Source: Raillietiella orientalis (lineage: Eukaryota). From it: a DNA stretch of 58,395 bases. Numbering within the stretch: the stretch's first letter is position 1; every line of letters begins with the position of its first letter. The DNA is taken from positions 1 to 58,395 of the forward strand of contig JAYWIR010000155.1 in assembly GCA_036172245.1 (NCBI GenBank). The letters run 5' to 3'. Under the pieces are notes generated by a model, which searched no databases, was not told where the DNA came from, and saw only the letters and a list, made by a program, of their open reading frames with translations. The position numbers and the translations under genes were made by a program. Positions 34,307 through 46,700 of this stretch are shown here, piece by piece.

Positions 34307-37300
34307 TGCGGGGAATCGCGTCTTCTCGTCGTCTGTCCGTAACGTGTTGGAACGTGAACGGACTGCAGAACGACGAGAAGAGGCGATTAGTAGCCAACGC
34401 CCTGCGCCCCTTCGACCTCGCGCTGCTGCAGGAGATTCACGTAATCTCCGACGAGCAGGCAGCCGAAATCGAGGAGCACGCAGGCGGAACGCTACATTGG
34501 CGGTGCGGCGGCGCACACACGTGCCGCGTCGCGTTCCTCGTAAGAGGGAAAATGGCAGAAGCGGTGCGTAGTGTTCGTTTCGATGACAACGGAAGGATAG
34601 GCCAGCTTGTCATCAAGTGGTCCGAGTCCATCGATCTCGTCGTTACGAACGTCTACGCGCCAAGTGGCTCTCGCTACCTCGAAGAAAGAGTAGCTTTCTT
34701 TGGTGAAGTGCAGAGCCAGTGGCTCAACAACTCCGGCTTCCAAGTGGCGCACCTCTTCGCTGGGGACTTCAACGTCCGCCTGCTCTCCGACGATTAAAGC
34801 CGCCCGAGGGAGCGCGCGCTGCCCATCGAGATGTGCGCGTCCGTGCACGCCGCCAACTTGATGGTCTGCGAACCTGGAATGGAAAGATCGCTCGATCACG
34901 TTTTCCTCGATGAAAACCTGCATTCGCGTGTGGGTAGGAGAGGAAGATTGTTGACTGAGCTTTCTGACCACCACAGGTTGGAGTTTGAGATCCTTCCGCC
35001 AGGCAGGGGGCCTCCGTTGCAAAGCTGGAGGATGCAGGCGGATTGGCTTAGCCAACCGGAAGCTGCGGAGCATCTACGTGGATACCTCCGGGGCTTTGCC
35101 ATTCAAGAACTTGCGGACTGGGACGATCTCAAAAGATCTGTCCGCGAGTTCTGTTGCCAATTCCCCTTGCACCGGCTTCCACGCGGTTTCGGAGAGGGCG
35201 TGGCCAACAGTAGAGACTTTCTGCAGGCCCGCACGTTTTCGAGACGCGCGGATGTCGGGCGTCTCGCAGAGTACAAGGCGAGGGCCGAGCGCCACGTCTG
35301 GCAGTCCGGAGCAGCATACCTGTTGGACGACAAGGGCCAGGAATGTTCGGCCCCAGCCGAAGTACGCCGCATTGTGAGACGCTACTACTCCTCGCTCTAC
35401 GCGGAATCCCCGACGGAGGATATTCTTTCTGAGATACTCCTGTCTCAGGATGCTCGTGTTGTCGGCGAGGAGGACCGCGAACGTCTCGACGAGCCCTTCA
35501 CGGCGGATGAATTTTCGTCCGCCATCGCTGGGCTGAAGAGACGGAAGGCGCCAGGCGAGGATGGGCTCCCTGCAGAGTTTTATCAGTGCTTTGCAGTGGA
35601 GCTAATTCCATTGATGCTTAAACTCGCGACGCTGATGAGTGAATCCGGGAATGTCCCTGATTCCTTCCGCTCAGCGAAGGTGCGTCTCCTGCCGAAAGGC
35701 GGAGACTTGCGCCAACTTAACAACTGGCGTGCGATCACCTTGGTGAACTCGGACGTCAAGTTGTTTTCCATGCTGTGGGTCGCGCGGTTAGGAAGAATCG
35801 CGGAATCTGTGGTGAGCCCGGAACAAACCTACGCGATTCCGGGACGATCCATGGAGGCGAACATCGTTTTCGCGCGTACATGGATGCAGCTGCAGGAAGT
35901 TGTGGCGCAGCAAAGCCAGGCTGCTGCGAAAGTCACTGCCGCAGGCAAAAAGAACAGGCGCCGACGGCGGGAGGGAACGCCAGGTGCCTTGGCGGTCGCG
36001 GTCTATCTCCACAAGGCGTTCGACTACGTAAACCAGAAGCTGCTTTTGGAGCTTATGGAACGCCTTGGGTTCCCAAAGCAACTCCTGCTGTATTTGCGCG
36101 CGTGCTGACGCCACGCGCTAACCTGCATCACTTTCAGCGGCTGCCGCGTGTATGGTATTCCCGTTCGTGGGGGCATCCGACAGGGCGACAGCTTAAGCCC
36201 GTTGCTCTTCAGCATCTTCTTTGAGTTGGTGCTAAGAGCATACAGGCTGACGCTGTCTCACTTGCCAAGCTCATCCCCGGTAACGCCTGCCGTGGCTGCC
36301 TACGCTGATGACCTGCTTCTTCTGCTCCCCATGTCCACCCCGGCGTCCAGTGTCGAGGATTTCTTCAACCTGATTCGTCGGGGAGCGGGCGTGAGCGTGA
36401 ACAGAGAGAAGAGCGTGGTCGTTCCTGTGGGTACGTCGTGGGAGGGGCAGTCCGACTGGATCCGCCTGGGGATCCCCACGGGCGTGTACTTTAAGTACCT
36501 TGGCGTTCCGTTGAGCGCTTTCGGCGCAGCCGAAGCGTGGGCGGACTGTCTTCAGAAAGCAGAGTTGGCCATCAGCCCGTTCTTTAACGGCAAGTTTACC
36601 TTGCAGGAACGGGCGACTATTTGGAACACCTTTGTGGCCCCCCTCCTCCGTCCCCTGTTTTTTGTTTTGGACCCCCCCTATGCGGCAAAACAGCGGGCTA
36701 AGCGCCTGCTCATAACGCTCTCTGGGGTCCGACGAGATCCAATATCCGCCTTAAAGATTTGTCAGCTCCGCGTCGGGATGCTGGTTTGGGTATCCTGACA
36801 ATGGAGCGAATCGGACTGCAGGTGCAGTTCCGACTGCTGGCATTGTGTGCCCAGCTATGGACATCCCCTGTGTGTGTGCCAGCTCGCATTCTCCTGCGAA
36901 GATGCGCCGGCAGCGGAGGATTTCTCTCGCTTTTGCTGGGCACTCAATACAGGAAGCGGGGTTTCGGTTTCCCATTGCGGCAGTTGACCGCACTTCTGGA
37001 AGCACACTCTTGGATCTCCTGCCGCCCAATGAACTTTGAAGCTTGGCGGCAGGAGTCTGTTGAATCCTGGACGGCGTTCCAAGGAATACGCCCTGAAGAT
37101 CTTCGCCCCCTGCGCCAATTTTTTCCACGATCCTTGGAAGAAGTACTGCAGGACGAGGTGAAGTTTTCTACACTGGCTGCCACGCCTCTTGCCGCAGCGC
37201 TGTCTGCCCTCAGGGCAAGAAACGACAGTTACCAACCGGCGAGGTGGGAGGTTTCCTGCACGATAGCGGGAAGAACCAAACTCCTTGGCACCTGGAAGAC

Positions 37301-37898
37301 AAGTGAGTTGGCGGACGCAGCCACTCCTCGTGTTACTGCAAAGGGACTCCTCCGGTGGGCAGAAGAACTTGCTGTCACCCCCGAAGAACTTGTAGTCCCT
37401 CCACAGTGTATGGACAGTTCGCTGCTCCCCCTTGCTTGGAAACAAGCCGTGCTGCTTTTCGTTCACTGGGGTTTTCATTGCAACGAGCGTTGGCATCGTG
37501 ACTCCGGGGGACTTGCGTCTGCGAACTGCGTTCGGTGCGGATCGACGGAGTCGATTCCCCACCTACTTCTGGACTGCGGTGTCCTACAAGGACTGTGGCG
37601 TAGGCTGGCAACAGCACTATTGCATCATGTGGACACCGCAAGAGACTTGCTGCGACGATTTTTCACGCCGAGCGGGCTTTCACTAAGCGCAAGGATTGCA
37701 ACCAAGGGTTGCATACGCGCGATAGTTTCCTTTCGCCAGGCGTTGGTAATCGACGGACAGCACCAAGAGGTAATCAGCAAAGCATCCTTCTACATGGGAG
37801 CATCCGCTAGATGGCCTCATTTGACAGAGGAGACAAAGAGGAATCTCGCCGCAATACACCGCCGGATTACACACCCTCAGCAGCGGCCAACCCGGTGA
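34306..37898 (+). pseudogene. C1 ORF2 (APE-RT-zinc finger), two stops and a frameshift
   Basis: ORFs 34306-34797, 34831-36108, 36148-36798 (YADD) and 36759-37898 (CVRCGSTESIPHLLLDC). Confidence 0.92.
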
Positions 37899-38181
37899 TC
37901 ATTGCCCTACCCTCCATAAACTAAATTTGTATTTTCTTTTCACACCCGCGTCCCCATAGGCTCCGGAACATTTTAGATGCTCATCGTATTAATCCCCGTG
38001 AGTACGGAGCCTAACCAAAAACCCGTTACCCTTCCCTCCAGTTTTTGATTTTTGTTTGTTTCCCCTCATTCCCCCCACGCTGCGAGCGGTTTGTTTACCA
38101 GGCCTGCGTGCCGGTAATTTTTCTATATTCTCTGTCGTTCTCTTGGTTGAAAACATTGTCCCTGACCAGTTTATTATTATT

Positions 38182-38211
38182 AATAAACGCCCCGGCGTGA
38201 CCGGGTGATAA
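38182..38211 (+). terminator. Conserved element 3' terminus: AATAAA followed by a CCCGG-N5-CCGGG hairpin and a 2-4 nt A tail (representative copy)
   Basis: Ten recognisable copies occur at element ends. A role in 3'-end formation or RT recognition is inferred, not shown. Confidence 0.6.
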
Positions 38212-38220
38212 ATTTCAATC

Positions 38221-41200
38221 GAGTGGGGACGTGTTTTTCTTTGCTCTCGTCTCCGTGCTTTCATCCGCTTCATCTTGGCGTCGTACATTTTGACGACGAT
38301 GTCGACCCAACTTGAAGCTACTGAAGTTGGAGGAACAGCATCCGGATCTGCAATCGCGTAACCTACGGCCGCCTCCACTTCGTCTTTCTCGCCAATTTAG
38401 AGTTTTGCTGACGTTGCTGCCACAGCAGCCGTCAAAGGGAAACCACTCGACGAGTCATGGTTGCAGGCATACGTAGCCCAACACTATAGACCTGCTCTCC
38501 GATATAAGGTGAGTGGTTTTCTTTCTGCGCGCGACGGGAATCAGTTCTACGATGAACTGACCCGTGTTGGAGTGCGGGTAGAGGACCTTCTCGCCATTAT
38601 GCCCGTAAATGACATGGGCTATTTCAAGGTGCGGTGCAAAGACGCTGCACTTGTGCAAAGCTTGCTGCGCACCCCGTTGTCGATCCGTGGCCAGAAGGTC
38701 TTCCTGGCCGCCATGTACGACTCATTTGTGGCGGAGAATTTCGACATTGAGTCGGAAATCTCCGATATTGATATTCGGAACGCGTTGACGTAATTCGCCA
38801 CGGTCCATGCGCTGTGGAGGGTGCGTAGCAGCCTCAAGGACTTCCCGTCCATACACAGCGGAGTCGCTGGAGTCCGGCTTACAATGCCTGACCGCCGTCT
38901 GCTGCCCACCAAACTACAGGTGAAAGACACGGTCGTTCACCTGCGGTTCGTAGGCAAAGTAAGAACGTGCGAGCAATGAGAAAAGGAGGGGCATTGTTAG
39001 GATAAATGCTTTTCTGGGAAATGCCGTTATTGCAAACTGACCAGGCACCAATTGAACAATTGCCCGGATCTTTTGCGAAGAAAGGCAGCCGCAGAGCTCG
39101 ATCTTAAAAAACAAAACGCGGATAAAAAGAAAAAATCTGCGAGAAACCTGGAGATTCCACGGCAGAAATTCCGAAAAAACGCGAGGCGGAATGTCGCCCC
39201 AAAGCAGCAGGAAACCTCGCAAGCGAAGCCCGGCGCGCCCCCTCTCGCGGCAGGGAAGCCGCAAAAGAAAGGGTGCGGGGAATCCGGGGCAATGGTAAGT
39301 CCCCCTAGGCGCAATAGCTGTCCTTCATAAGCACACTCAGCTCTTTCGGAGTTTTAGTAACCGGCGGGGACGTCAATCGACAACGGAGGTAAGGACACTT
39401 CCAGTACCGTCAGATTCATTCCTCCACCTCCTGCAGTGGCTGAGAAGCACAAATCGGGTAAGAAGGGTTATGCCGTGTCGACTTTGAAAGTCGGCAAAGA
39501 AAAATCCGCGTCGAGATCCAACACCGCGAAAGCGGAGAAAAATCTCATGCCTTCGCAGTCGGATAGCAAGCTCTCGACTGGCGCGGATGCCATGCCAACG
39601 AAGGGATTAGAAGCCCTTCCGAAGGCACGGTCCATGACGAGCGTGTCGGAGCTATCGAAACTGCTCCAGTTTAAAGACGCGGATGGCTTCAAAGATGGCA
39701 ATGGAGCACAATCTCCATTTATGGCACCACGCGAAGTGAGCAACCGTTATGAAGAAAAGAAGATTTCAGCAAAGGTCCCTCGTGCAGCTGCGCGTGAGCA
39801 CGCTGAGAACACGCGCGTCGGAAAAGCAGCCGTCACCAAAAGCGTTGCTCTGGAGACGGAGAAATACAACAGGACAGCCGGAAATCCAGCAGAACCTGTC
39901 ACTACTTCGCGGAAGGCCAAAACCCGATCGAACCTGCGCCGGTCGGACTCCGAAATGGATGCCGTTCCGATCACCGAGACGAGGACAACTCGTTCCAAAG
40001 CGTGTGCGCGCCGATCAAAAGTAGGCAGCCAGGCAACGCTAGCCGCGAGGCCACGCGAAGTCTCCACGAAACCCGACGGGGTTAAGCCCGGCGTGGAGGC
40101 ATTACATGCATGCAGCACGACAGAGGACGGTGGCAACCGTCCCCTCCAGCCAGTCGTGCTGCTCGCCGTCTGCTCGCCGGATAAAGCGAGCAAAAAGCCG
40201 CCACCTTCCCAGGAGTAATGCTGGGAATCGCGTCTTCGCGTCTTCTGTCCGTAACGTGTTGGAACGTGAACGGACTACAGAACGACGAGAAGAGGCGATT
40301 AGTAGCCAACGCCCTGCGCCCCTTCGACCTCCCGCTCCTGCAGGAGATTCACGTACTCTCCGACGACAAGGCAGTTGAAATCGAGGAGCGCGCAGGCGGA
40401 ACGCTACATTGGAGGTACGGCGGCGCACACACGTGCGGCGTCGCGTTTCTCGTAAGAGGAGAAATGGCGGAAGCGGTGCGTAGTGTTCGTTTCGATGACG
40501 ACGGACGGATAAACCAGCTTGTCTTCAAGTGGTCCGATTCCATCGATCTCATCGTTACAAACGTCTACGCGCCCAGTGGCTCTCGCTACCTCGAAGAAGG
40601 AGTAGCTTTGTTTGGTGAGGTGCAGAGACACTGCCTCAACAACTCCGGCTTCCAAGTGGCGCACCTCGTCGCTGGGGACTTCAACGTCCGCCTCCTCTCC
40701 GACGATTGGAGCCGCCCGAGGGAGCGAGCGCTGCCCATCTAGATGTGCGCGTCCGTGCACGCCGCCAACTTGATGGTCAGCGAACCTGGAATGGAAGGAT
40801 CGCTCAATCACGTATTCCTCGATGGAAACCTGCATTCGCGTGTGGGTAGCAGAGGAAGATTGTTATATAGGCTTTCCGACCACCACAGGTTGAAGTTTGA
40901 AATCCTTCCCCCAGGCAGGGGGCCTCCGTTGCAGAACTGAAGGATGCGGGCGGATAAGCATAGCCAACCGGAGGCTGCGGAGCATCTACTTGGATACCTC
41001 CGAGGCTTTGCCATTCAAGAACTTGCGGACTGGGACGATCTCAAGAGATCTGTCCGCGAGTTCTGCTGCTAATTCCCCTTGCACCGGCTTCCACGCGGAT
41101 TCGGAGAGGGCGTGGCCAACAGCAGAGACTTTCTGCAGGCCCGCACGTTTTCGAGACGCGCGGATGTCGGGCGTCTCGCAGAGTACAAGGGGAGGGCCGA

Positions 41201-44123
41201 GCGCCAGGTCTGGCAGTTCGGAGCAGCATGCCTGTTCGAAGACAAGGGCCAGGAATGTTCGGCCCCAGCCGAAGTACGCCGCATTGTGAGACTCTACTAC
41301 TCCTCGCTGTACGCGAAATCCCCGACGAAGGATATTCTCTCTGAGATACTCCTGTCTCAGGATGCTCGTGTTTTCGGCGAGGAGGAACGCGAACGTCTCA
41401 ACGAGCCCTTCAGGGCGGATGAATTTTCGTCCGCAATCGCTGGGCTGAAGAGACGAAAGGCGCCAGGCGAGGATGGACTCCCTGCATAGTTTTATCAGTG
41501 CTTTGCAGTGGAGCTCATTTCCTTGATGCTGAAACTCGCGACGCTGATCAGTGAATCCGGGAATGTCCCGGATTCCTTCCGCTCAGCGAAGGTGGGTCTC
41601 CTGCCGAAAGGCGGAGACTTGCGTCAACTTAACATTTGGCGTCCGATCACCTTGGTGAACTCGGACTTAAAGTTGTTTTCCAAGCTGTGGGTCGCGCGGC
41701 TAGGAAGTATCGCGGAATCTGTGGTGAGTCCGGAACAAACTTACGCGGTTCCGGGACGATCCATGGAGGCGAACATCCTTTTCGCGCGTACATCGATGCG
41801 GCTGCAGGAACTTGTGGCGCAGCAAAGCCATGCTGCTGCGAGAGTCACTGCCGCAGGCAAGAAGAACAGGCGCCGACGGCAGGAGGGAACGCCAGGTGCC
41901 TTGGCGGTCGCGGTCTATCTCCACAAGGCGTTCGACTGCGTAAACCAGAAGCTGCTTTTGGAGCTTATGGAACGCCTCGGGTTCCCAAAGCAACTCCTGC
42001 TGTATTTGAGCGCGTGCTGGCGCCACGCGCTAACCTGCATTACTTTCAGCCGCTGCCGCGTGTATGGTATTTCCGTTCGTAGGGGCATCCGACAAGGCGA
42101 CATCTTAAGCCCGTTGCTCTTCAGCATTTTCTTTGAGTTGGTGCTAAGAGCATACAGGCTGACGCTGTCTCACTTGCCAAGCTCATCCCCGGTAACGCCT
42201 GCCGTGGCTGCCTACGCTGATGACCTGCTTCTCATGCTCCCCATGTCCACAAAGGGGTCAAGTGTCGAGGATTTCTTCGACCTGATTCGTCGGGGAGCGG
42301 GCGTTAGCGTGAACAGAGAGAAGAGCGTGGTCGTTCCTGTGGGTACGTCGTGGGAGCGGCAGTCCGACTGGATTGGCCTGGAGATCGCCACGGGCGGGTA
42401 CTTTAAGTACCTTCGCGTTCCGTTGAGCGCTTTCGGCGTAGCCGAAGCGTGAGCGGACTGTCTTCAGAAAGCAGAGTTGGCCATCAACCCGTTCTTTAAC
42501 GGCAAGTTTACCTTGCAGGAACGGGCGACTTTTTGGAACACCTTTGTGGCCCCCCTCCTCCGTCCCCTGTTTTTTGTTTTGGACCCTTCTATGCGGCAAA
42601 ACAGCAGGCTAAACGCCTGCTTAGTAACGCTTTGTGAAGTACTGCGAGATCCAGGATCCGCCTTAAAGATTTGTAAGCTCCGCGTCGGGATCCTGGTTTG
42701 GGTATGTTGACAATGGAGCGAATCGGACTGCAGGTGCAGTTCCTACTGTTGGCACTGTGTGCCCTGCTATGGACATCCCCTTTGTGTATGTCAGCCCGCA
42801 TTCTCCTACGGAGATGCGCCGGCAGCGGAGGATTTCTCTCGCTTTTGCCGTGCACTCATTACAGGAAGAGGGGTTTCGGGATTCCATCGCGGCAGTTGAC
42901 CGCACTTCTGGAAGCACACTCGTGGATCTCCTGCCGCCCAATGAACTTTGAAGCTGGGCGGCAGGAGTCTGTTGAATCCTGAACGGCGTTCCAATAAATA
43001 CGCCCTGAAGATCTTTGCCCCCCGCGCCAATTTTTTCCACGATCCTTGGAAGAGGTACTGCAGGACGAGAGTAGGTTTTCTACCCTGGCTGCCACGCCTC
43101 TTGCCGCAGCGCTGTCTGTTTTCAGGGCAAGAAACGACAGTAACCAACCGGCGAGGTGGAAGGTTGCCTGCACGATAGCGGGAAAAACTAAAATCCTTGG
43201 CGCCTGGAAGACGAGTGAGTTGGCGGACGCCGCCACTCCTCGTGTTAATGCAAAGGGACCCCTCCGGTGGGCAGAAGAACTTGCTGTCACCCCCGAAGAA
43301 CCTGTAGTCCCTTCACAGTGTATTGACAGTTCGCTGCAGCCCCTTGCTTGGAAACAAGCCGTGCTGCTTTTCGTTCATTCGGGTTTTTAGTGCAACGAGC
43401 GTTGGCATTGTGACTCCGGGGAACTTGCGTCTGCGATCTGCGTTCGGTGCGGATCGACGGAGTTGATTCCGCACCTACTTCTGGACTGCGGTGTACTACA
43501 AGGACTGTGGAGTAGGCTGGCAACAGCACTAATGCATCCCGTGGACACCGCAAGAAACTTGCTGGGACGATTCTTCACGCCGAGCGGGATGTCACTAAGC
43601 GCAAGGATTGCAACCATCGGTTGCATACGCGCGATAATTTCCGTTAGCGAGGCGTTAGTAATTAACGGACAGCACCAAGAGGTAATCAGCAGAGCATCCT
43701 TCTTCATGGAAGCATCCGCTAGATGGCCTCATTCGACAGAGGAGACAAAAAGGAATCTCGCCGCAATACACCGCCGGTTTACACACCATCAGCAGCGTCC
43801 AACCCGGTGATCATTGCCCTACCCTCCATAAACTAATTTTGTATTTTCTTTTTACACCCGTGTCCCCATAGTCTCCGGAATATTTTAGGTGCTTATCGTT
43901 TAAATCTCCGTGAGTACGGAGCCTAACCAAAAACCCGTTACCCTTCCCTCCAGTTTTTGATTTTTGTTTGTTTCCCCTCATTCTCCCCACGTTGCGAGCA
44001 GTTTGTTTACCAGGCCTGCGTGCCGGTAATTTTTCTATGTTCTCTGTCGTTCTGTTGGTTAAGGACATTGTCCTTGACCAGTTTAATATTATTAATATAC
44101 GCCCCGGCGTGACCGGGTGATAA
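38221..44123 (+). mobile_element. Full-length copy C2, head-to-tail with C1 and more degenerate
   Basis: Colinear with C1 at an offset of ~5915 bp. ORF1 38299-40218 and ORF2 40218-43810 carry many stops. Followed by ATTCCAATC at 44124-44132. Confidence 0.95.
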
Positions 44124-45375
44124 ATTCCAATCTCCGCCTGCTAACAGGTGAGCCTGAAACACAAGAGAACGCGATGAACGAGTTGTGCGCCGCCATGCGT
44201 GCGCGCAACTTGTTCGCGGGTCAGAAGGGAATGGTCCACAGCATCGACCACGTCTTCCTCGACGCTGACCTGTGTTCACGGCTCGGGAAACGGGAGAGGG
44301 TTGCCTCGACGCTGTCGGACCATTCCCGGCTAATTTTCGAGTTGAGGCCTCGCGACAAAGGACCGCCATCCAGGGAATGGCGTGTCATCGGGGACTGAAC
44401 GCGCCTTTTAGGTGCACAGGTACACCTTCGTGAATACATGAGATGCGTCACGCACCGGAATTTGCAGGACTGCGACCTTTTTAAGGAATCGGCCCGCGAG
44501 TTCCGCGAGCAGTTCCCCCTGGATCGCCTGCCCCCCGGATTTCGCGAGGGTGCTTGCAACCATTGAGCCTATTTACAGGCTCGTAAGTACGAGAGAACCC
44601 CTAATGTCCGTCGCTTGGCCGAGTACCGCGCTGGGGCCGAACGCTTAACCTGGCAATCCGGGTCGGCCAGCTTGCTGGACAACCAGGGCCTGGAATGTTC
44701 GTCCCCGACGTCGGTACGGCATCTCGTGAGAAGATTTTACTCATGCCTCTGCGCCAGGACGCCTCCGGACCAAGATGCCTCTCGGCGCTTGTTCCCGGAT
44801 GGTGCCCCGGCAATAGGGGAAGAGGAGTCGGTCAGCCTCGACGAGCCTTCCACTACCGGCGAAATTCTCGTTGGTATCAGAAGGCTCAAGAAACGTAAGG
44901 CGTCATTGGAGGACGGCTTGCCCGCGGAGCTCTTTCAGTGCTTTGCGGAAGAGCTTGCCCCTCTGCTGCACTTGTTGACAAGACTGAACCGATACGAAGG
45001 CGATGTTCCCGCCTCGTTTCGGTCAGCCAGTGTGAGGCTCCTACCGTCAGGGGGAGACCTCAGGAAATTGCACAACTGGCGTCGGATGACCATCATGAAC
45101 ACGGACGCCAAGTTGCTAGCAGGGATATGGGCTTCGCGTTTAGGGCAGGAGGCAGAGTCCACAATTAGCCAACACAGACCTATGCTGTTCCAGGGCGAAG
45201 TATGGATGCCAACCTCTTATTCGCAAGCACGTGGATGCACCTGCAAAGGAGAGAAAAGAAAGGAAAAGGGAAAATTGGCAACCCCACATTGGGGCCGCCA
45301 GCATGCCTGGGAAGGGATCCCGGCGCGGGGAAGGTATCCCTAGCGTTCGCAGTCGATTTCCATAAGGCGTTTGAT

Positions 45376-46343
45376 TTTCACCCGGATTTCGCCGGGGCGT
45401 TTATTGTAAAATAAACTTTTACAAAGACATGAGGTGGCTGGACCAATGCTCCAGCCACGCACGAAGAAACACAGAGCCTGCCGGGTCACCGGTTCTCAGA
45501 ACGGTACGGTCCACCACGGCAGCGGGGGAAAGGGGAAAAACAAAAAACAAAACAAAAAAGAAAAGAAAAGTAGGGAGGGTAAGGGAAGGGATCACAGTTG
45601 CTGGTGGGGCCGTTGCAAACTTTGCAGTATGCCGGCAAGCTCCTTCTGTATTCCTGGATCCAGGTTGGGCCATCGGGACGCCCTCCTCAGGAACTGGGAG
45701 GCTGGCTGGATGGCACCCTGGTCGGGTTGTCCTTCCGTAGCCTTGCTCCAAGCGGTGACGATCCCGCGTAGGCAGCACAAAGCTGCTAACGAGACCGGTG
45801 GCCGAAGAGCGTCGGCAACGAAGAGGGCTTTCAGTGCGTTCCTGGGGTTGCCGCAGGGGATTCCGATGTCCGCGGCAAAGCAGAACCAAAGGGGTTGAAG
45901 GGCAACACAATCCACTAGCAGGTAGAGGAGGGACTCCCGTTCCCCAAACCTGACGCAATTGGGGTCCACCGCTCCCCAGGTCCAGTGGTGCCGGCGGGCG
46001 TTGCAGGGGAGTTTCGAGTGCTGCAACAGGAGAGCCGACTCCTGCCATTTTAAGGGGAGGGCGGAAGTGTTCATGAACACCGGGGGCCACTTCAGATGTT
46101 CAATGGGAACATCGAGCAGCGCGCCCCAGCGCAGAAGTCCATTGGGAGGCGTAATCGGGGTCGCAGCGCCTGTTAACTGCCCGTCTTTCACTCTCCTATC
46201 TTCTTCTCCTTTCCCGAGATTGTTACTGTATCCACCCACTTCGCCGCAACATCGCTGTCCAGATCTTCCATCAGGGAGGGCAGCGCAGCAGCGAGGGGGG
46301 TTCTTCCTGCCCACGCTCTCTTCTTTGGATCCTCCAGGATCTC
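45376..46343 (-). mobile_element. A1-type 3' portion (ORF2 C-terminus, 3' UTR, hairpin terminus)
   Basis: ORF 45592-46314 (HHWTWGAVDPNCVR). The terminus AATAAACGCCCCGGCGAAATCCGGGTGAAA abuts the B4 HKAFD codons. Confidence 0.9.
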
Positions 46344-46700
46344 CCGCACGCCAACACGGGTCAGTTCATCGTTGAACTGATTCCCGTCGCGCGCAGAAAG
46401 AAAACCACTCACCTTATATCGGAGAGCAGGTCTATAGCCTTGGGCTACGTATGCCCGCAACTCCGACTCGTCGAGTGGTTTCCCTTTGACGGCTGCTGTG
46501 GCAGCAACGTCAGCAAAACTCTTAATTGACGAGAAAGACGAAGTGGAGGCGGCCGTAGGTTCCGCGATTGCAGATCCGGATGCTGTTCCTCCAACTTCAG
46601 TAGCTTCAAGTTGGGTCGACATCGTCGTCAAAATGTACGACGCCAAGATGAAGCGGATGAAAGCACGGAGACGAGAGCGAAGAAAAACACGTCCGCACTC
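46344..46700 (-). mobile_element. Copy C3: 5' end and start of ORF1 only
   Basis: Near-identical to C1 32306-32668 (MSTQLEATEVGG...VGVRE). Fused to the A1-type 3' portion. Confidence 0.9.

Larger units (their letters stand above)
32306..38211 (+). mobile_element. Full-length copy C1 (~5.9 kb)
   Basis: GGACGTG at 32312, ORF1, ORF2 and 3' hairpin at 38182-38211. Flanked by ATTTCAATC at 32297-32305 and 38212-38220. Confidence 0.95.
29867..45375 (+). mobile_element. Copy B4 (own sequence 29867-32305 and 44124-45375), split by tandem C1/C2 and ending at HKAFD
   Basis: GGACGTG at 29875 and ORF1 knuckles (30614-31612). APE is broken at AGDFN and resumes as NLRLLTGE at 44129. RT N-terminus runs to VDFHKAFD. 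Confidence 0.9.

Noticed and set aside
36759..37898. RNase H or restriction-like endonuclease at the ORF2 C-terminus
   Set aside because: Only ~90 aa follow the CxxC...HxxxxC finger, and no DGS/DEDD or PD-(D/E)xK pattern is recognisable.
32306..44123. C1/C2 tandem as an assembly artefact
   Set aside because: The copies differ by many substitutions and private stops, and they are separated by the target duplication.
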